From positions 12,660,962-12,724,961 of the forward strand of contig NC_134034.1 in the NCBI RefSeq assembly GCF_964204645.1: a stretch of DNA of 64,000 bases, given 5' to 3'. Position numbers and translations under genes: made by a program. Below are positions 1 to 13,160 of this stretch, one piece after another. Below the pieces are notes generated by a model, which saw nothing but the letters and a program-made list of their open reading frames with translations, had not been told where the DNA came from and did not search any database. The DNA is from Tubulanus polymorphus (taxonomy: Eukaryota > Animalia > Nemertea). Each line of letters begins with the position of its first letter. Position 1 is the first letter of the stretch.

Positions 1-694
1 AGACCCCGAGGGCACAGACCGAGTGTACAGACACAAAGGCCCACACAGGCGATGAGACCCATAGTACGGGCACTAGGGCCGAATGTACAGGCATTGAGGT
101 TGCAAACCACTGCCAAACTGGAGTTTCTAGAATAGAAAATATTAGAACCATTTTTCACTGGTTTCAAATCAGAATTTCTCTAAGCTTAATACAAATAGAT
201 CAAAGTCTTAATGAAGTGACTATATGTGTGAGGTAGGTGCTTGGGGACTGGGATAGATAAATAGTACCGATGCAGTAATTTGTGATTCTATATGTGTGTA
301 TGAGTGATTCAAGTTCTGTACGTTCAACGTATTCTGATTTAGTTTCAATTTGTGGCGTGAGAATATTGTGTACATTTTGTATAAAAAGCTGTAATCTCTG
401 AATCTCTGTATATTGATACTATACTCTACTATAAGCTACCGGTACGCTATAATGTTTGTATATTTTGTGTGTGCCAAGGTCATCGATGCAATTGTTAAAT
501 AATTTCGCCTCTGCCAACGCTGTTCATAATGATGTTGTTATGTTTTTGTTAACGAAGTTCACGCTGGACTCGAGAGAGTGTCGGGGAAGATTTACGCGGG
601 CCAGGGACGAAATTGGACCCGGAACTTCCCTCGAACTGTGCGCTTCATCTGTGGTTGCAAATGAGACTCGAGATATCTTGTAGGAGCAAAGAGA

Positions 695-1110
695 ACTAGC
701 CCGAGGCTATGGCAACTAGTCCAATACTGGAATCTAGCCCAAGACTATGTAATTTAGCCCAGTACTATGGGGTCCCATCAAGTACTATGGAATCTAGCCC
801 AAAACTATGGAATTTAGCCTGGTTACTTTCGGATCAAACCCAGTGCTATGGAATCTAGCCCCAGACTATGTCAACTAGCCCAAGACAATGGTATTTAGCC
901 TGGTACTATGGGATCCAACCCAGTACTATGGGATCTTGGAGTGATCATTTGAAATTTCAAATGATTACTCCAATATGGGAGCATGCCCAGTACTATGGAA
1001 TCTAGCCCAAGACAATGGTATTTAGCCTGGTACTATGTGATCTAACCCAGTAGTATGGAATATAGCCCAGGCTGCGAAAACAAGCCCAGTATTATGGAAG
1101 CTAGCCTAGT
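695..1110. repeat. About 21-nt degenerate minisatellite (ctagcccagtactatggaat)
   Basis: Directly visible. Confidence 0.85.
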
Positions 1111-1882
1111 CGAATACTATTGAGATATCTCTCGAGTGGAACAGTTATTGCTTAGTTCCTCAAAATGTGAACTGAACAGACGTTGAGTCTACCGTGTATT
1201 ATTGCTGCTCTCTGCTTTCCGGTCAAATTGTGCCTCGTCTTTAAGCGAGAATTTATTGTGATTTACTTTGTAATTTAGATTGTAAATTTCATTTGGATAA
1301 TTAATTAATTAATTAATTGATAATAATTAACGATATGATTGTACGATGGAATCAACAATTAATTGAATATGAATTTGTAAATAGAAACGAAATATGAAAA
1401 AATAAAACTAAATTCTTATGTAAAAATCTGTTTGGAACTAGTATTTTTTCAAATGGCAGTTGAGGATATTTGGACCCACAAAAGAGCTATTCCCAACCAG
1501 GACCCTACAAGTTTTTATCATAAAAATGTACACTTATAAAAATATCTTTGTTGAGGTGTAATCTCAAACGTCGGTCTACTTTTTAGAAGGAGGATACTTT
1601 GACCGCAATTAAAACGCTTAAAATAATTTTAGATCATAGATGATTACTAATTCTGAAAGTGTTCGAAATTACGGATTCGAACCGGTCGGTCTCGATCGAG
1701 TGTCGTAAGTCGTAAGTCTGATGTCTGATGATGATCACGAGTGGCGGGTTCGAATCCCACATTAAACCACGCGCCCACGGTGACTACGAATTTACCATCA
1801 CACGTGAACGCGGAAATATTATGAAACATTTTAGGCTCGACAGAGTTTTCGCCAGAAATCGAAATCGTTCGTAAACGTCGAA

Positions 1883-2346
1883 ATGACGACAGAAAACTTT
1901 GTCGGACTCGTTCAGAAAAATCTCGAATGCTCGATATGGTGAGTCTAGAATAAACAACTTCTGCTGCTAATTACGTCACGATAGAAACTCAACTTTAATG
2001 CAACAAAGTCAAATTCAATCAATCAAAAATGTGGCTTTAATTGCGATTTTAATTGCCGTTTCACGTCTTAAATGACGACCGTTTTTATTTCATTATAGTT
2101 TAGATGTGATGATAAATCCAGTAACGACAAAATGTTCTCACACTTACTGCAGGTAAATGATTTGGATGATGGTGATGAGGTTCATTCCCCCTCCACTCCC
2201 CGCCCAGCATATGCCTCCTGTCTGTCTGTGTGACCCTGATCCTCTTTCTCTTTCAGACATTGCATTCTACGGCATATCGCAAGCTGGAAGAAATCTCAGA
2301 GTAAAATCATTATGTGTCCGTTGTGTAAAACGTCAATCACGAGACG
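1883..2346 (+). CDS. BRCA1: BRCA1 C3HC4 RING domain (coding exons 1-3)
   Basis: CSIC...CSHTYC..C...CPLC spacing. The Ile equivalent to human I26 and a basic pair equivalent to K70/R71 (TRR) are present. Confidence 0.93.
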
Positions 2347-5300
2347 GTAATCAATAAATACAAACACAGATGACACGTGAAGAAGTCTCTGATTGATCGA
2401 ATTCTAACTGACTGTATTATCAAATTTTTTGATTTCAGAGGTTTAACGCCGAGCGCTCATCTGAATAAATTACTCGCCTGTTTTCAGAATAAGGTCAATA
2501 AGAATGATACCGCTACTAACAGTAAGTACAGTACTAGAACAGCTCACCAGGGGGCGACCTGGGATCCTCAAATTCTTGGCGTATACAGTGATGTCTCATA
2601 TCATGATTGTCCTCCTGAAAAGCTCACCAGGGGGCGTGCGGATCTACAGTCGTGCCTCGATGGTCTAGTGGGAAGATGCTGGCCCGGGTTCGAATACTGA
2701 TTGTCTTCTCTCTGAAAGTAGAATTGATTTCTAATAATTGCAGACGAACCCTCAGCTCGGCTGGACGAGGGTAATATCGATCCTCAGGAGGTGAATGACG
2801 CAATCAGACAAACACCTGAACCGCAGCAGCAGCAGCAGCAGCAGGATGATTTACCGGTATATGATAATTCTATCGATGAAGGTAAGGCAAAATAAGCACC
2901 GCCATTTTGCGTTGAATTCTGATCATTTTGACCTTGAAAAAAATCATTTCGTTTATTTGATTTTTTAACAGGTGCGGAGCAGACGACAACGACAGACGCT
3001 GGTAGCTCTTCTTCTACGACGAAAAAGAGCAAAAAGAAAAGAATAAGAAAGAAGAAGCAAACGGCATCGGAAACGGAAACACATGAAAATAACGATTTAA
3101 ATTCAATATCTGAAAATCAAAAGACGACAAAATCATCGAGTTCGAAAAAATCGGATCAAAGACAAATAATCAAATGTTTAAGTTCAAGCGATGACGACGA
3201 CGATGAGGAGTCGATGATTATAGAGGGCGCCACCGCCGCTCCTGAACAGAATAAATCGGTTTCGAAATCGATCGGGAATAAAATATTTACGAATCGCGAT
3301 TCATCGGCCGTCGTCGTGGAAACGAAAAAAGTGAAAATCGTGAAATCGAGCGAAAACGATCCGGACCGTGACGACCCGGACCGCGACGACCCGTACGCGT
3401 TTATGATGAGTCCGAGTAAATATTCGTCGACCCCTAAAAACGACAGCGCGAAAAAAACGAGGAAAAGTCGACGAAAAACGAAATTGCGTAAAAAACAAAA
3501 TACGTCGGACACGAACGAGGAGGCGATCGAACTATTTAAACTGACGCAGGTGGATAATTCACACCCCTCACAGGACTGTCTAGTCATCACATCCGAACGA
3601 GGAAACCGAACCGAGTCGAAAAAACGGAAAAAACATCGCGACGAAAATTACGACGATCTTTCCGCCGATACACTATCGAAAATATCGACGACAGACGAAA
3701 CCGTTTCCGAATCGGACGGGACAATCGACGTTATGGAGACCGGCGACGTTACGAAACGACGCTCGAAGAAAAAACGGAAAACGACGACGAAATCGGACGA
3801 AGAGAACGAAACGTTGAATTTACTTCGGATCAAGGATTTAAATGAGAAAATAAACGATGCCGAACTGAGCGAGTTAAACATCGCGACGCAACGGCCTTCA
3901 TCGCCGCAGTTACAACAGATGACGATCGAGACGTTGTTCAACAGTCAGAAACGACGAGGCGGTCGTCGTAGCGACGACGATCAGGAGAACACGCCTCCTC
4001 CGTCTGCCGTTAAACGGGCGAGAAATTCGAGCGGAAAACTGAATCTGAATCGATTTAAACCCGATGTGGAAAATGAGTCGAAGGAACGCGGAGAATTAGA
4101 CGGAGGCGAATCGTGTCGAATTGTCGTCGAAGCTCAGGTTCATCATGTCACCCCCGACAACCACCGTTACCAAACGTCAAACTCGACCGAAAGGAAAACT
4201 TCATCGGGGCGTTTGAAATCTAAGAAGAGTCGAAATAAAATAGTGGAATTTGATGAGATAGAGGAAATCGGTTCGATCGGTGCTCGCAAGGGGGCGCTAG
4301 AGTTCGTGGAGACTTCGAAACGACATTCGAAGAATTTGACAGATAGCGTTCATCGGGAAAATGAAACAAAAATAACTGAAAAACATATCGAACCAGGTCC
4401 GTCTACTGCAACTCCGGTTCTCTCTTCTCCAAATCAGGATTGGTCTGCTCCAACTCGGGCTCCGTCTGCTCCAGATCAGGCTCCATCTGCTCCAACTCAG
4501 GCTCCGTCTGCTGTGACTGCGTCTTTTGTAACTCCAGAAATGGCTGATTTAGATTACGACTATAGCAACGATATGTTCGATATTCCCCCCACTCCTGAAG
4601 TTGAAACCGATAATTTGCGCCTCGCGAAACTGGGTTTGATCAATTCCGGCAAAACGTTCGACGCCCAGAAGAATTTAGAGATTATAGATGGCGCTAATAA
4701 AGTCGTAGGTTCGGACGATGAAACTCAGGACCCGAGTTTGTTGCTGCAATCGGAATTTAGTGACGTAAATTCCGATCGTACTTATCCAGAAATGAAGAAA
4801 TCTTGTGATCGCTTGAATTCCGTCGCTGTTCATTCCGCGAACAAAAATCAAGTAGTCGATCGAAGCAACGAGAATGAAAACGGTTTGAAGAGTTTGAAAC
4901 GCCGTTTGAATTTAAACGATTCCGCGATCGGTAGCTCGGACGTCGAGTCGTCCCCGGAAACAATTAAAACGGGAGTACGCGCCGTACGAGGAATCAAACG
5001 AAGTTCGGCGAAAAAACAATTGACTAGAATATCGGATTTCGATCGTAAAAATTCGTCATCGACGACCGATGAGATTCCGTCTGCTTTCAACGCTACCACC
5101 AGCAGACGACGACAATCGGCAGAGACACCTAGTGGTGAGTCAAGCTACTAATGTGGATTAATCGTTCAAATTTTTTGTAAATGTTGCTGATTTTGTGTTT
5201 GTTTATTACAGTCGCACCTGCTGCATCTGAACCTGCTAACGGAATCAATCAGGAATTAGTCGCTGAAATAGAACGAATGAAGGCTAGAATCTGTGAATTA

Positions 5301-8300
5301 GAGGCCGCTTTAAAAGCTAAAGGTGAGAAAAAGAGATTCTGTTTATATTTCACCCGTACGGCTTAAGGGGCCATATCTATTTGAATTTGATTTTGTATGA
5401 TTTATAGATGAAGAGCTTGTGAATACGAGATCAGTCGTGATTTCAACAAGTAATGTTTGTACACCTACTGACAAGCACTCAGCGGCCCATGAGACTGGCT
5501 CCACAAGAGAGTTACTAGCCCAGGGGTACTCCCCTGTCCAGGATACAGAGTGCTCACCTGCCCAGGATACAAACCATTCTCCTGCCCAGGATACAGAGCA
5601 CTCTCCTGCCCAGGATACAGAGCACTCTCCTGCCCAGGATACAGAGCACTCTCCTGCCCATGATACAGAGTGCTCACCTGCCCAGGATACGGTGTACTCT
5701 CCTGTCCAGGATACAGAGCACTCTCTTGCCCAGGATACAGAGCACTCACCTGCCCAGGATATGGAGCACTCTCCTGCCCGAGATACAGGGCACTCAGAGT
5801 CACAGAATTCGCAACCGATGAAACAATATCTGATAAACGATTTGTTTGTTTCGTCTCAAATGAAATCAACTGCAAACACAAAGAAACGTCAGTGTTTAGC
5901 GGATGTAAGTTCGGGTAAGGGTTCATCGGAGGGTCGTTTCCCCTCAGTCGCGGTACCGACTTACGACGAGTGTTTGTCATCATCATCGTCGTCGTCATCG
6001 GTAGCGTTGAGTATTGTTGATGAAGCGTCTCCTCGATCTGACGGGAATAAATCCGCAACGAAACGGCGTCGTAGCCTAGAAACGAATTCATTTACGAACG
6101 CGTTGAGTTCATCGTCGTCTGCTGCTGTTGCTATAGAGGAGGATTCGTTACCGACGATTCGTTCCGTTCGACGGAAAGAATCCAAAATGGCGATTCCCGT
6201 CGCTGAGAATCGAGACGCGCAGAACTCGAATCGCTCGGAGACGTTCGCGAAGCTGTTCGACGATTTCGAATTGGACTCGTCCGATTCGTCCGACCATGAT
6301 TTAGCTTCGACGCCGACATTCGGTAAAAAACGGTCGTCGACTAAACGAAAATTGGGTTCGAAAATCGACAAGTTGAAATCGATTGAAACCAATAAGAGAT
6401 CAGCGTCGAAATCTTTCGTTCCACTGCCGTTGGTATTTACGAAAAAAAAGTCGAAGCCCGTCGAAGAAAAATCGACCAATCGGGTTGCTGCGTCTGCGTC
6501 GTCGGGTCAAGGTCGAGCTCGTAATACGTTATCGTCGGCGGAGACCTGCGAGAATCAGACCGGAACTCAACGATTCGATACAACAGAAACTGAAGCGGTT
6601 GAAGCTGATTCTCCGGTTGCTAAGAGTAGTCCGTCTGCTCCGAGCGAGACATTGACGTCTGCCGTCAGCAAAAAGAGACGCAGTTCACCTCCATCGACCG
6701 GGAATAAACCGAAAAAACAGAAAATAGATACAACAAACACGACACCAGTACCGCAGAAACAACACATTACCATGACAACGCCAGTACCACAGAAACAAAC
6801 ACCAGTACCACAGAAACAACAGACTACACCAGTACCGCAGAAACAACAGATTACCATGACGACGCCAGTACCGCAGAAACAAACACCAGTACCACAGAAA
6901 CAACTAACACCAGTACCACAGAAACAACTGACTACGCCAGTACCACAGAAACAACAGACTACACCAGTACCACAGAAACAACAGACTACGCCAGTACCAC
7001 AGAAACAACAGACAACGCCAGTACCACAGAAACAACAGACTACACCGGTACCACAGAAACAACAGACTACGCCAGTACCACAGAAACAACAGAATACACC
7101 GGTACCACAGAAACAACAGACTACGCCAGTACCACAGAAACAACTAACACCAGTACCACAGAAACAAACACCAGTACCACAGAAACAACAGACTACACCA
7201 GTACCACAGAAACAACAGACTACGCCAGTACCACAGAAACAACTAACACCAGTACCACAGAAACAAACACCAGTACCACAGAAACAGCAAACTCTAATCT
7301 GCAGCGGGATCCCTTATGAAGGGATGGTGAGTTATTAAACGTCATTGCGTTACTTTACGACTACTGTCCTGAATTGTTGAATCCATTGTTTGTTTTTGTA
7401 GCTCGTCGTGAAACGATTTTGTAAAGAATTCGGATTTAAATTCTCTTCGAAATTCTCCAGAGATACGAGTCACGTGATCGTGATGCCGAAACATTCGGGT
7501 GAGTAGAATATCAAACAAACCAACCAACGACGAATTCACGTTTGAAAATGACAGCTCGGTTTGCCGTCGGTTCTGCTGTTGAATGTCAGTTTGATTTGAT
7601 TTTTACCGAGATAGAGTCAAATTTTAACTGTGAAACTGGATCTCGAAGTTAAGAATCTATAAGCGATGATCATTGTATTCCCTGATTTTATAATTTAATC
7701 AGGAAATTTGAATTTTTGGTGTCTTGTTGCTTTCTTACTGGTGATGAGTAACACAAGGAACCTCTTGATTAGAAACAGCCCTCACTGAAGATATCTTATA
7801 ATTTGATCAGGGAATTTGAATTTTTGGTGTATTGTTGTTCTTGCTGGTGGCGAGTGGCACAAGGAACCTCTTGATTATAAACTGCCCTCACTGAGGATAT
7901 CTCATAGTGATTTATTTCTGGTATTATTTTTATTATTATGAAATAGCCCTCACTAAGGGTATTTTATGATTGAATTAGGGAATTTGAATTTTTGGTGTCT
8001 TGTTGTTCTTGCTGGTGGCGAGTGACACAAGGAACCTCTTGATTATAAACAGCCCTCACTGAGGATATCTTATAATGATTTATTTCTGGTATTATTTTTA
8101 CAGATAAACCTCGAGTTTGTGAACGTACGTTGAAATATTTCCAGTGTATCACGAATCGAAGCTGGGTCGTGACGTTCGCGTGGATCGAGGCGAGTTTACG
8201 AGAGCAATCGTTAGTTCCGAGCGAACCGTACGAGATAGAGGGCGACACCGTGAACGGCGACAAACACGACGGCCCGCGTCGAGCGAGGACCGGCAACGCT

Positions 8301-9267
8301 TCATTGTTAACCGGATTCGAAATCTGTTGCTACGGAAAATTCGTCGGATTATCCGCAGGTACGAAAACCAAAAACGGAATTTATAATTTTACTCGATTTA
8401 TGAAATTAATTGAAATGTTAATTAATTAATTATTCGTAGATGATTTGAACGAAATGATCGAACTTTGCGGAGGACGCGTCGTTAAATCTCCCGATTATTT
8501 CCAACTGACGACAACCAACTCTGGCAAGCGTTTGATGATCATGGAACCGAATATTAAAATCGAGAAGCAAACCAGAGCTCTGATAATCAGTAAGTTTTCT
8601 TTGAGTTTTTGTGTCGAGATACAGAGGAGTCGCAGGACCGAGAATCTGGTGGGTTTAGTTACATACTTCATTTGATTGAAGTGAAACTCCGAAAAATTGT
8701 GGAATTGATTCCAGAAATTTTATGATGATACTTTACAGACTATTGCACAGTCCAATTTTACAACTTATGTCCAGTCTAAGTTCATTTTGGTTCTATAGCC
8801 TATCTAACAACTTAAAACCAGTCTAAGCTCATTGTATTTCTATAACCACTCTAACAACTTAAGTCCAGTCTAAGCTCATTTTGGTTCTTAACCAATCTTA
8901 CAACTTAAGACCAGGTCATGCTCATTTTAGTTCTATATCCAATCTAACAACTTAAGACCAGTCTAAGTTCATTTTGGTTCTATAACCAATCTCACAACTT
9001 AAGACCAGTCTAAGCTCATTTTGGTTTTATAGCAAATCTAACAACAGATTTACAACCTCTTTTGGACGGGGCTACTCTCACCTGCTATCAGCGGATCAAT
9101 AATAGTGCTTATGGTTGTTGTTTATATTTGCAGAGTTGCAGACGGATCACCGCGTAATCGTTCTATCGCGTGAATGGATATTAGACAGTATTTCAAAATA
9201 CGAACTTTGCAAATTCGACCAAAATTATCGAATACAAAAATCGAAAAGCGATCAAAGTTCGCTTTAA
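1883..9267 (+). CDS. BRCA1: BRCA1 orthologue (RING E3 ligase with tandem BRCT), 12 coding exons, about 1749 aa
   Basis: Hand-spliced GT-AG exons: 1883-1938, 2099-2152, 2257-2346, 2439-2521, 2744-2881, 2972-5134, 5212-5322, 5408-7326, 7402-7498, 8104-8358, 8440-8589, 9134-9267 (5250 nt, phases consistent). N-terminus QKNLECSICLDVMINPVTTKCSHTYCRHC...CPLCKTSITRR matches the BRCA1 RING. C-terminal CERTLKYF, EIEGDTVNGDKHDGPRRAR, GFEICCYGKF and REWILDS match the BRCA1 BRCTs. Confidence 0.95.
5212..5322 (+). CDS. BRCA1: BRCA1 coiled-coil exon (PALB2-binding-like helix)
   Basis: QELVAEIERMKARICELEAALKAK resembles human [21 protein letters not shown]. Flanked by ttacag and gtgaga, phase 1-1. Confidence 0.75.
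5530..5793 (+). repeat. Coding 24-nt tandem repeat, 11 copies of SPAQDTEH-like octapeptide in BRCA1
   Basis: Unit tctcctgcccaggatacagagcac, in frame within exon 8. Confidence 0.95.
6742..7290 (+). repeat. Coding tandem repeat, about 21 copies of (T)TPVPQKQ(Q/L) directly before BRCT1
   Basis: Core ccagtaccacagaaacaa in 21-36-nt units, all multiples of 3. Confidence 0.95.
7291..9267 (+). CDS. BRCA1: BRCA1 tandem BRCT phosphopeptide-binding domains (end of exon 8 to exon 12)
   Basis: LICSG (S1655/G1656 equivalents), CERTLKY (R1699/T1700/K1702 equivalents), WVVTFAWI, MIELCGGRVVK, REWILDSIS. Confidence 0.93.
7690..8100. repeat. Three intronic tandem copies of a 110-170-nt unit
   Basis: Repeated gaatttgaatttttggtgt...caaggaacctcttgatta...ccctcactga. 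Confidence 0.8.
8750..9045. repeat. About 47-nt tandem array of the internal unit of the GGGGCC MITE
   Basis: aatctaacaacttaagaccagtctaagctcattttggttctata, about 6 copies. Confidence 0.8.
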
Positions 9268-9539
9268 CCAGTTTTGACTGACCCGTTAACAGTCAAACGG
9301 GTTTCAGTTGAAGCTGGTACCTACTTAACCAGGGCCAGAGAAATGGCTCCTGCATTTATGAAGCGTATTAACGTACCTCTTTTTGATCTTTTATGAGGGT
9401 GAAGTGTTTAATCCTCGCAGAAGAATATTTTCAAGTTAAATTTGGAATAGATGTTAAATGAAGTTAGTCGATTATTACCTATATATTGAATATTACAATG
9501 TATTTGATTCAGTCAGACACTTGACGTTTGTAATTATTG

Positions 9540-9545
9540 AATAAA
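9540..9545 (+). promoter_or_regulatory. Probable BRCA1 polyadenylation signal AATAAA
   Basis: About 270 nt after the stop codon, followed by a GT/T-rich tract. Confidence 0.55.
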
Positions 9546-9774
9546 CGTTTGTTTTTTATTATCTGAAAAATTAACTGTGAGTTTTCTTAATAACTTTGTT
9601 GCTGATAAAGAATGGCCAGGTGACTGAGTCCTTTAGTTCGAACTCAGTGATTACCACTGATTTATATAAGTTGGGCTGAAACACTAACGGCAGTTCGGGA
9701 TCTCGGTCTGACTCGTGAAACAGGGTGGTTTCAGATCCGGCATGAGTTCGTTGAAATAATAACGACATCAACAT

Positions 9775-10093
9775 GTATGATGTGAATACGTTTCTTTATT
9801 ATAAAATCCTATTATTACAAACAAACATTACAATACAATAAAAGAATATTGAATTTTTGGATGATTTCCCGCAAAATTGGTGGCAGCACCGTACGGTCCC
9901 CAAGCGGGATTTCTATGAACTAATTGACAAAGCCGTGGTATTATGTATTAGTTCGCAGAAATTCCGCTTGGGGACCGTACGGTGCTGCCACCAAACTCGC
10001 GGGAATTTTAAATGTCTATTTTCCGTATTAGTAATTTGTATTATAGAATTTTATAATAAATAAAAAGGAACGTAATTACACCATAAATGAGTG
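9775..10093. mobile_element. Palindromic MITE-like element
   Basis: ttggtggcagcaccgtacggtccccaagcgg / ccgcttggggaccgtacggtgctgccaccaa inner arms, with degenerate AT-rich outer arms. Confidence 0.7.
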
Positions 10094-10189
10094 TTTGGTA
10101 TTACTGGTTACGGGAGTATAGTAAAACCAGTGATTACTGGTTCAGAGTGGTTGTAGACTGGTTACCGGTCTCTCTGTCTAGACTGGTTG

Positions 10190-10720
10190 CCTGAATAGCG
10201 GATGAACAGGGGTGTTCCGGGTTCGAAACCAGTATTTACTGATACTGATTCAGAGTGCATGCTGAATAGAGGATGTACAGGGGTGTCCCGGGTTCGAAAC
10301 CAGTAATTACTGATACTGATTCAGAGTGGTCCTGATGCTAATAGAGGATGTACAGGGGCGTCCGGGTTCGACCAGTAATTACTGATACTGATTCAGAGTG
10401 GTCCTGATGCTGAATGGAGGATGTACAGGGGTGTCCCGGGTTCGAAACCAGAATTACTGATACTGATTCAGAGTGGTCCTGATACTAAATAGAGGATGTA
10501 CAGGGGCGTCCCGGGTTCGAACCCAATAAATTCTGATACTGATTCAGAGTGGTCCTGATGCTGAATAGAGGATGTACAGGGGTGTCCCGGGTTCGAACCC
10601 AGTAATTACTGACATTGATTCAGAGTTGGTCCTGATGCTGAATAGAGGATGTACAGGGGTGTCCCGGGTTCGAACGATTCAGTGTGGTCCTGATGCTGAC
10701 CAGGGGTGACACGGGTTTAA
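10190..10720 (+). repeat. About 75-nt tandem repeat with tRNA-like A/B-box motifs, about 7 copies
   Basis: gattcagagtggtcctgatgctgaatagaggatgtacaggggtgtcccgggttcgaa(a/c)ccagtaattactgatact. Confidence 0.85.
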
Positions 10721-10751
10721 CTCAAACACACTGTGAAAGTGGTTTCATATC

Positions 10752-11318
10752 CATTGAAAATCCTCTCGAAAATTCACAAAAGATCTATTGTAATTCTAGT
10801 TCAGTGAAATTCCACCAGAGGGTGTGAAACATCAAAATACCCTATAGACATCGCAGAAAGCGACGGCAACCTCCCGAAATGAAAGTATACAACTCTTAGA
10901 TTACTTTTATAAATTCAGCACATATTCAAATTACTTGTAAATTAGTTAATTAGGCAACGTAATTATTTGTCTAACGTATTTGAACTTATTTAGAAACGAC
11001 AGTACCACATTCTCAGATACCAACGACGGATTTCTGGTGCCGAATTCTGCGATCCAGCGACTATTAACGATCGTTCCTAAATAAGTTCAAATACGTTAGA
11101 CAAATAATTACGTTGCCTAATTTACTAATTTACGAGTAATTTGAACTGATTCTGAATGCATCAATGCATTAAGAATACTGTTTATTTTAATTTCGGGAGG
11201 TTTTTGTAATTCTGTCTGGGGTCTAAAGGGTATTTCTAAGTTTTACGCCCTCTGTCGGATTTTCGCTGAACTAAAATCACAATCGATCTATTGTTAAGAT
11301 TTCGAGAGCATTTTCAAT
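10752..11318. mobile_element. Foldback/MITE with about 250-nt inverted arms, copy 1
   Basis: Arm ...ttaggcaacgtaattatttgtctaacgtatttgaacttatttagaaacgac ends at 11000; its reverse complement starts at about 11070. Confidence 0.8.
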
Positions 11319-12372
11319 ACATAACGCCGCCTAACGGATTCGTTGTCGACGACATTGCGTGGAATTTCTGCGAATTAAAACAATAGGGCAGCATAGGCGC
11401 GTATGAAACACAATTAATTGTTGTATCGTTAAAAAAGAATTGATACTGAAAATTATAAATCTATAAAACTCTGAACAATAAGGCTAAAAATGATACCTTG
11501 TTTGTTGTCCTAATCGGGGCGGGTCATTTCATAAATCGCAATAAATATTGTAAATCAGTTCATTTCTATAACTGCCCGGGAATAGAGCTTGGTCATGACT
11601 AAAGAAGTTGTGTACATTATAGATAGGCGGCCGGACGGGTCAACTTTTGAGCTCAACTGAAATGAAAAACTAAAGGTATCAATTGTTTTAGCCTGAATAA
11701 ATACGATTTCTACAATATTACATAAAATGGATACAATTTGATTCATTTAAGCTGTACGACAACATTTGTTTCATTCTTATTCAAAACTGGGAATAGTTGA
11801 AATAGATGTAGCTGGGATTGACTGACTTTACGGGGAGGACTGGTTACCCATGGTTACTCTCTGATGGGATACCTGCCGCCCTTCCAGTACTAACACCAGA
11901 GTATTCATATTGATTACTATACGCGGTGCTACATTTATTGGATGCAATAAAATATATTTTGCAATTCAGACGGTGCTATATTCAGAAATAGTGGAGGCGG
12001 AGACAGGCTGGGGCTGAGTGTATGTGTTTGCTGAAACAGGGATAGTCGAGCATCAAGGAGGATAACTCGAGCTGAACTGTGGGAATTAGTTGCAATCTAG
12101 GATGGATAATGAACTGGACAATGGAAAGTTTCTTGAACAGTAGACAATGAATAATGAACTGGGACGGTGTTAACCGTGACATGTAAACACGAGAACCGCT
12201 CGAATTTATCAAATCCTTTTTCCTCGAATTTGCATTCACTCTTACCGATAGAGGCTATCGAACGATTTCAAAGGACGGTACCCTCCTTTCGCAAAAAATG
12301 GTATGAATCATTAGTTCTAATACCTACCTTTTCATTACACGCAGTACCACTGCAATTACAGGCGCGTGTAAA

Positions 12373-12861
12373 ATGACTTCTATTATGTCACTGATAAGGG
12401 GACTCTATTTACTGGAGATGGTTTTATTACTGGTACTGATGTTAGTTACTGGTTGTAACGGGGCTGTTACTCCTCCGGCAACTACAACCACTCTGGTAAG
12501 TATTATCTACTAGATCTATCGGGGTTCGACGATCTTCTCGGGCGGCCGCGAATTCTCAATTCAGTTTTGATAAATTTCAGAATATGTTAAAGAAATTAGA
12601 AAGTCGAACTGTTAAAACACTGACGATCGAGTCGGTAGTGGCGCCACCTTTTAGAGTGTGGCATATAATACTGATGGTATCTACAGCCATTACTACTGTC
12701 AGTAAGTAAACCTTGACCCCTTCTCCTGCCCGCCTCCCTCTCCCTCTCCCTCTCCCTCTCCCTCTCCCTCTCCCTCTCCCTCTCCCTCTCCCTCTACCTC
12801 TCCCTCTCCCTCTCCCTCTCCCTCTCCCTCTCCCTCTCCCTCTCCCTCACCCTCACCCTCT

Positions 12862-12896
<35 letters not shown>

Positions 12897-13011
12897 TCCC
12901 TCACCCTCACCCTCACCCTCACCCTCTCCCTCTCCCTCTCCCTCTCCCTCTCCCTCTCCCTCTCCCTCTCCCTCTCCCTCTCCCTCTCCCTCTCCCTCAC
13001 CCTCACCCTCT

Positions 13012-13082
<71 letters not shown>

Positions 13083-13125
13083 TCCCTCTCCCTCTCCCTC
13101 TCCCTCTCCCTCTACCTCTCCCTCT

Positions 13126-13160
<35 letters not shown>

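Noticed and set aside
3156-7143. Antisense and off-frame ORFs over BRCA1 exons (and over the 49-52 kb exon)
   Set aside because: Shadows of low-complexity coding sequence.
10190-10720. 75-nt repeat as a hammerhead or true tRNA cluster
   Set aside because: CTGATGC instead of CTGANGA, no stem I/II pairing, no acceptor or anticodon stems.
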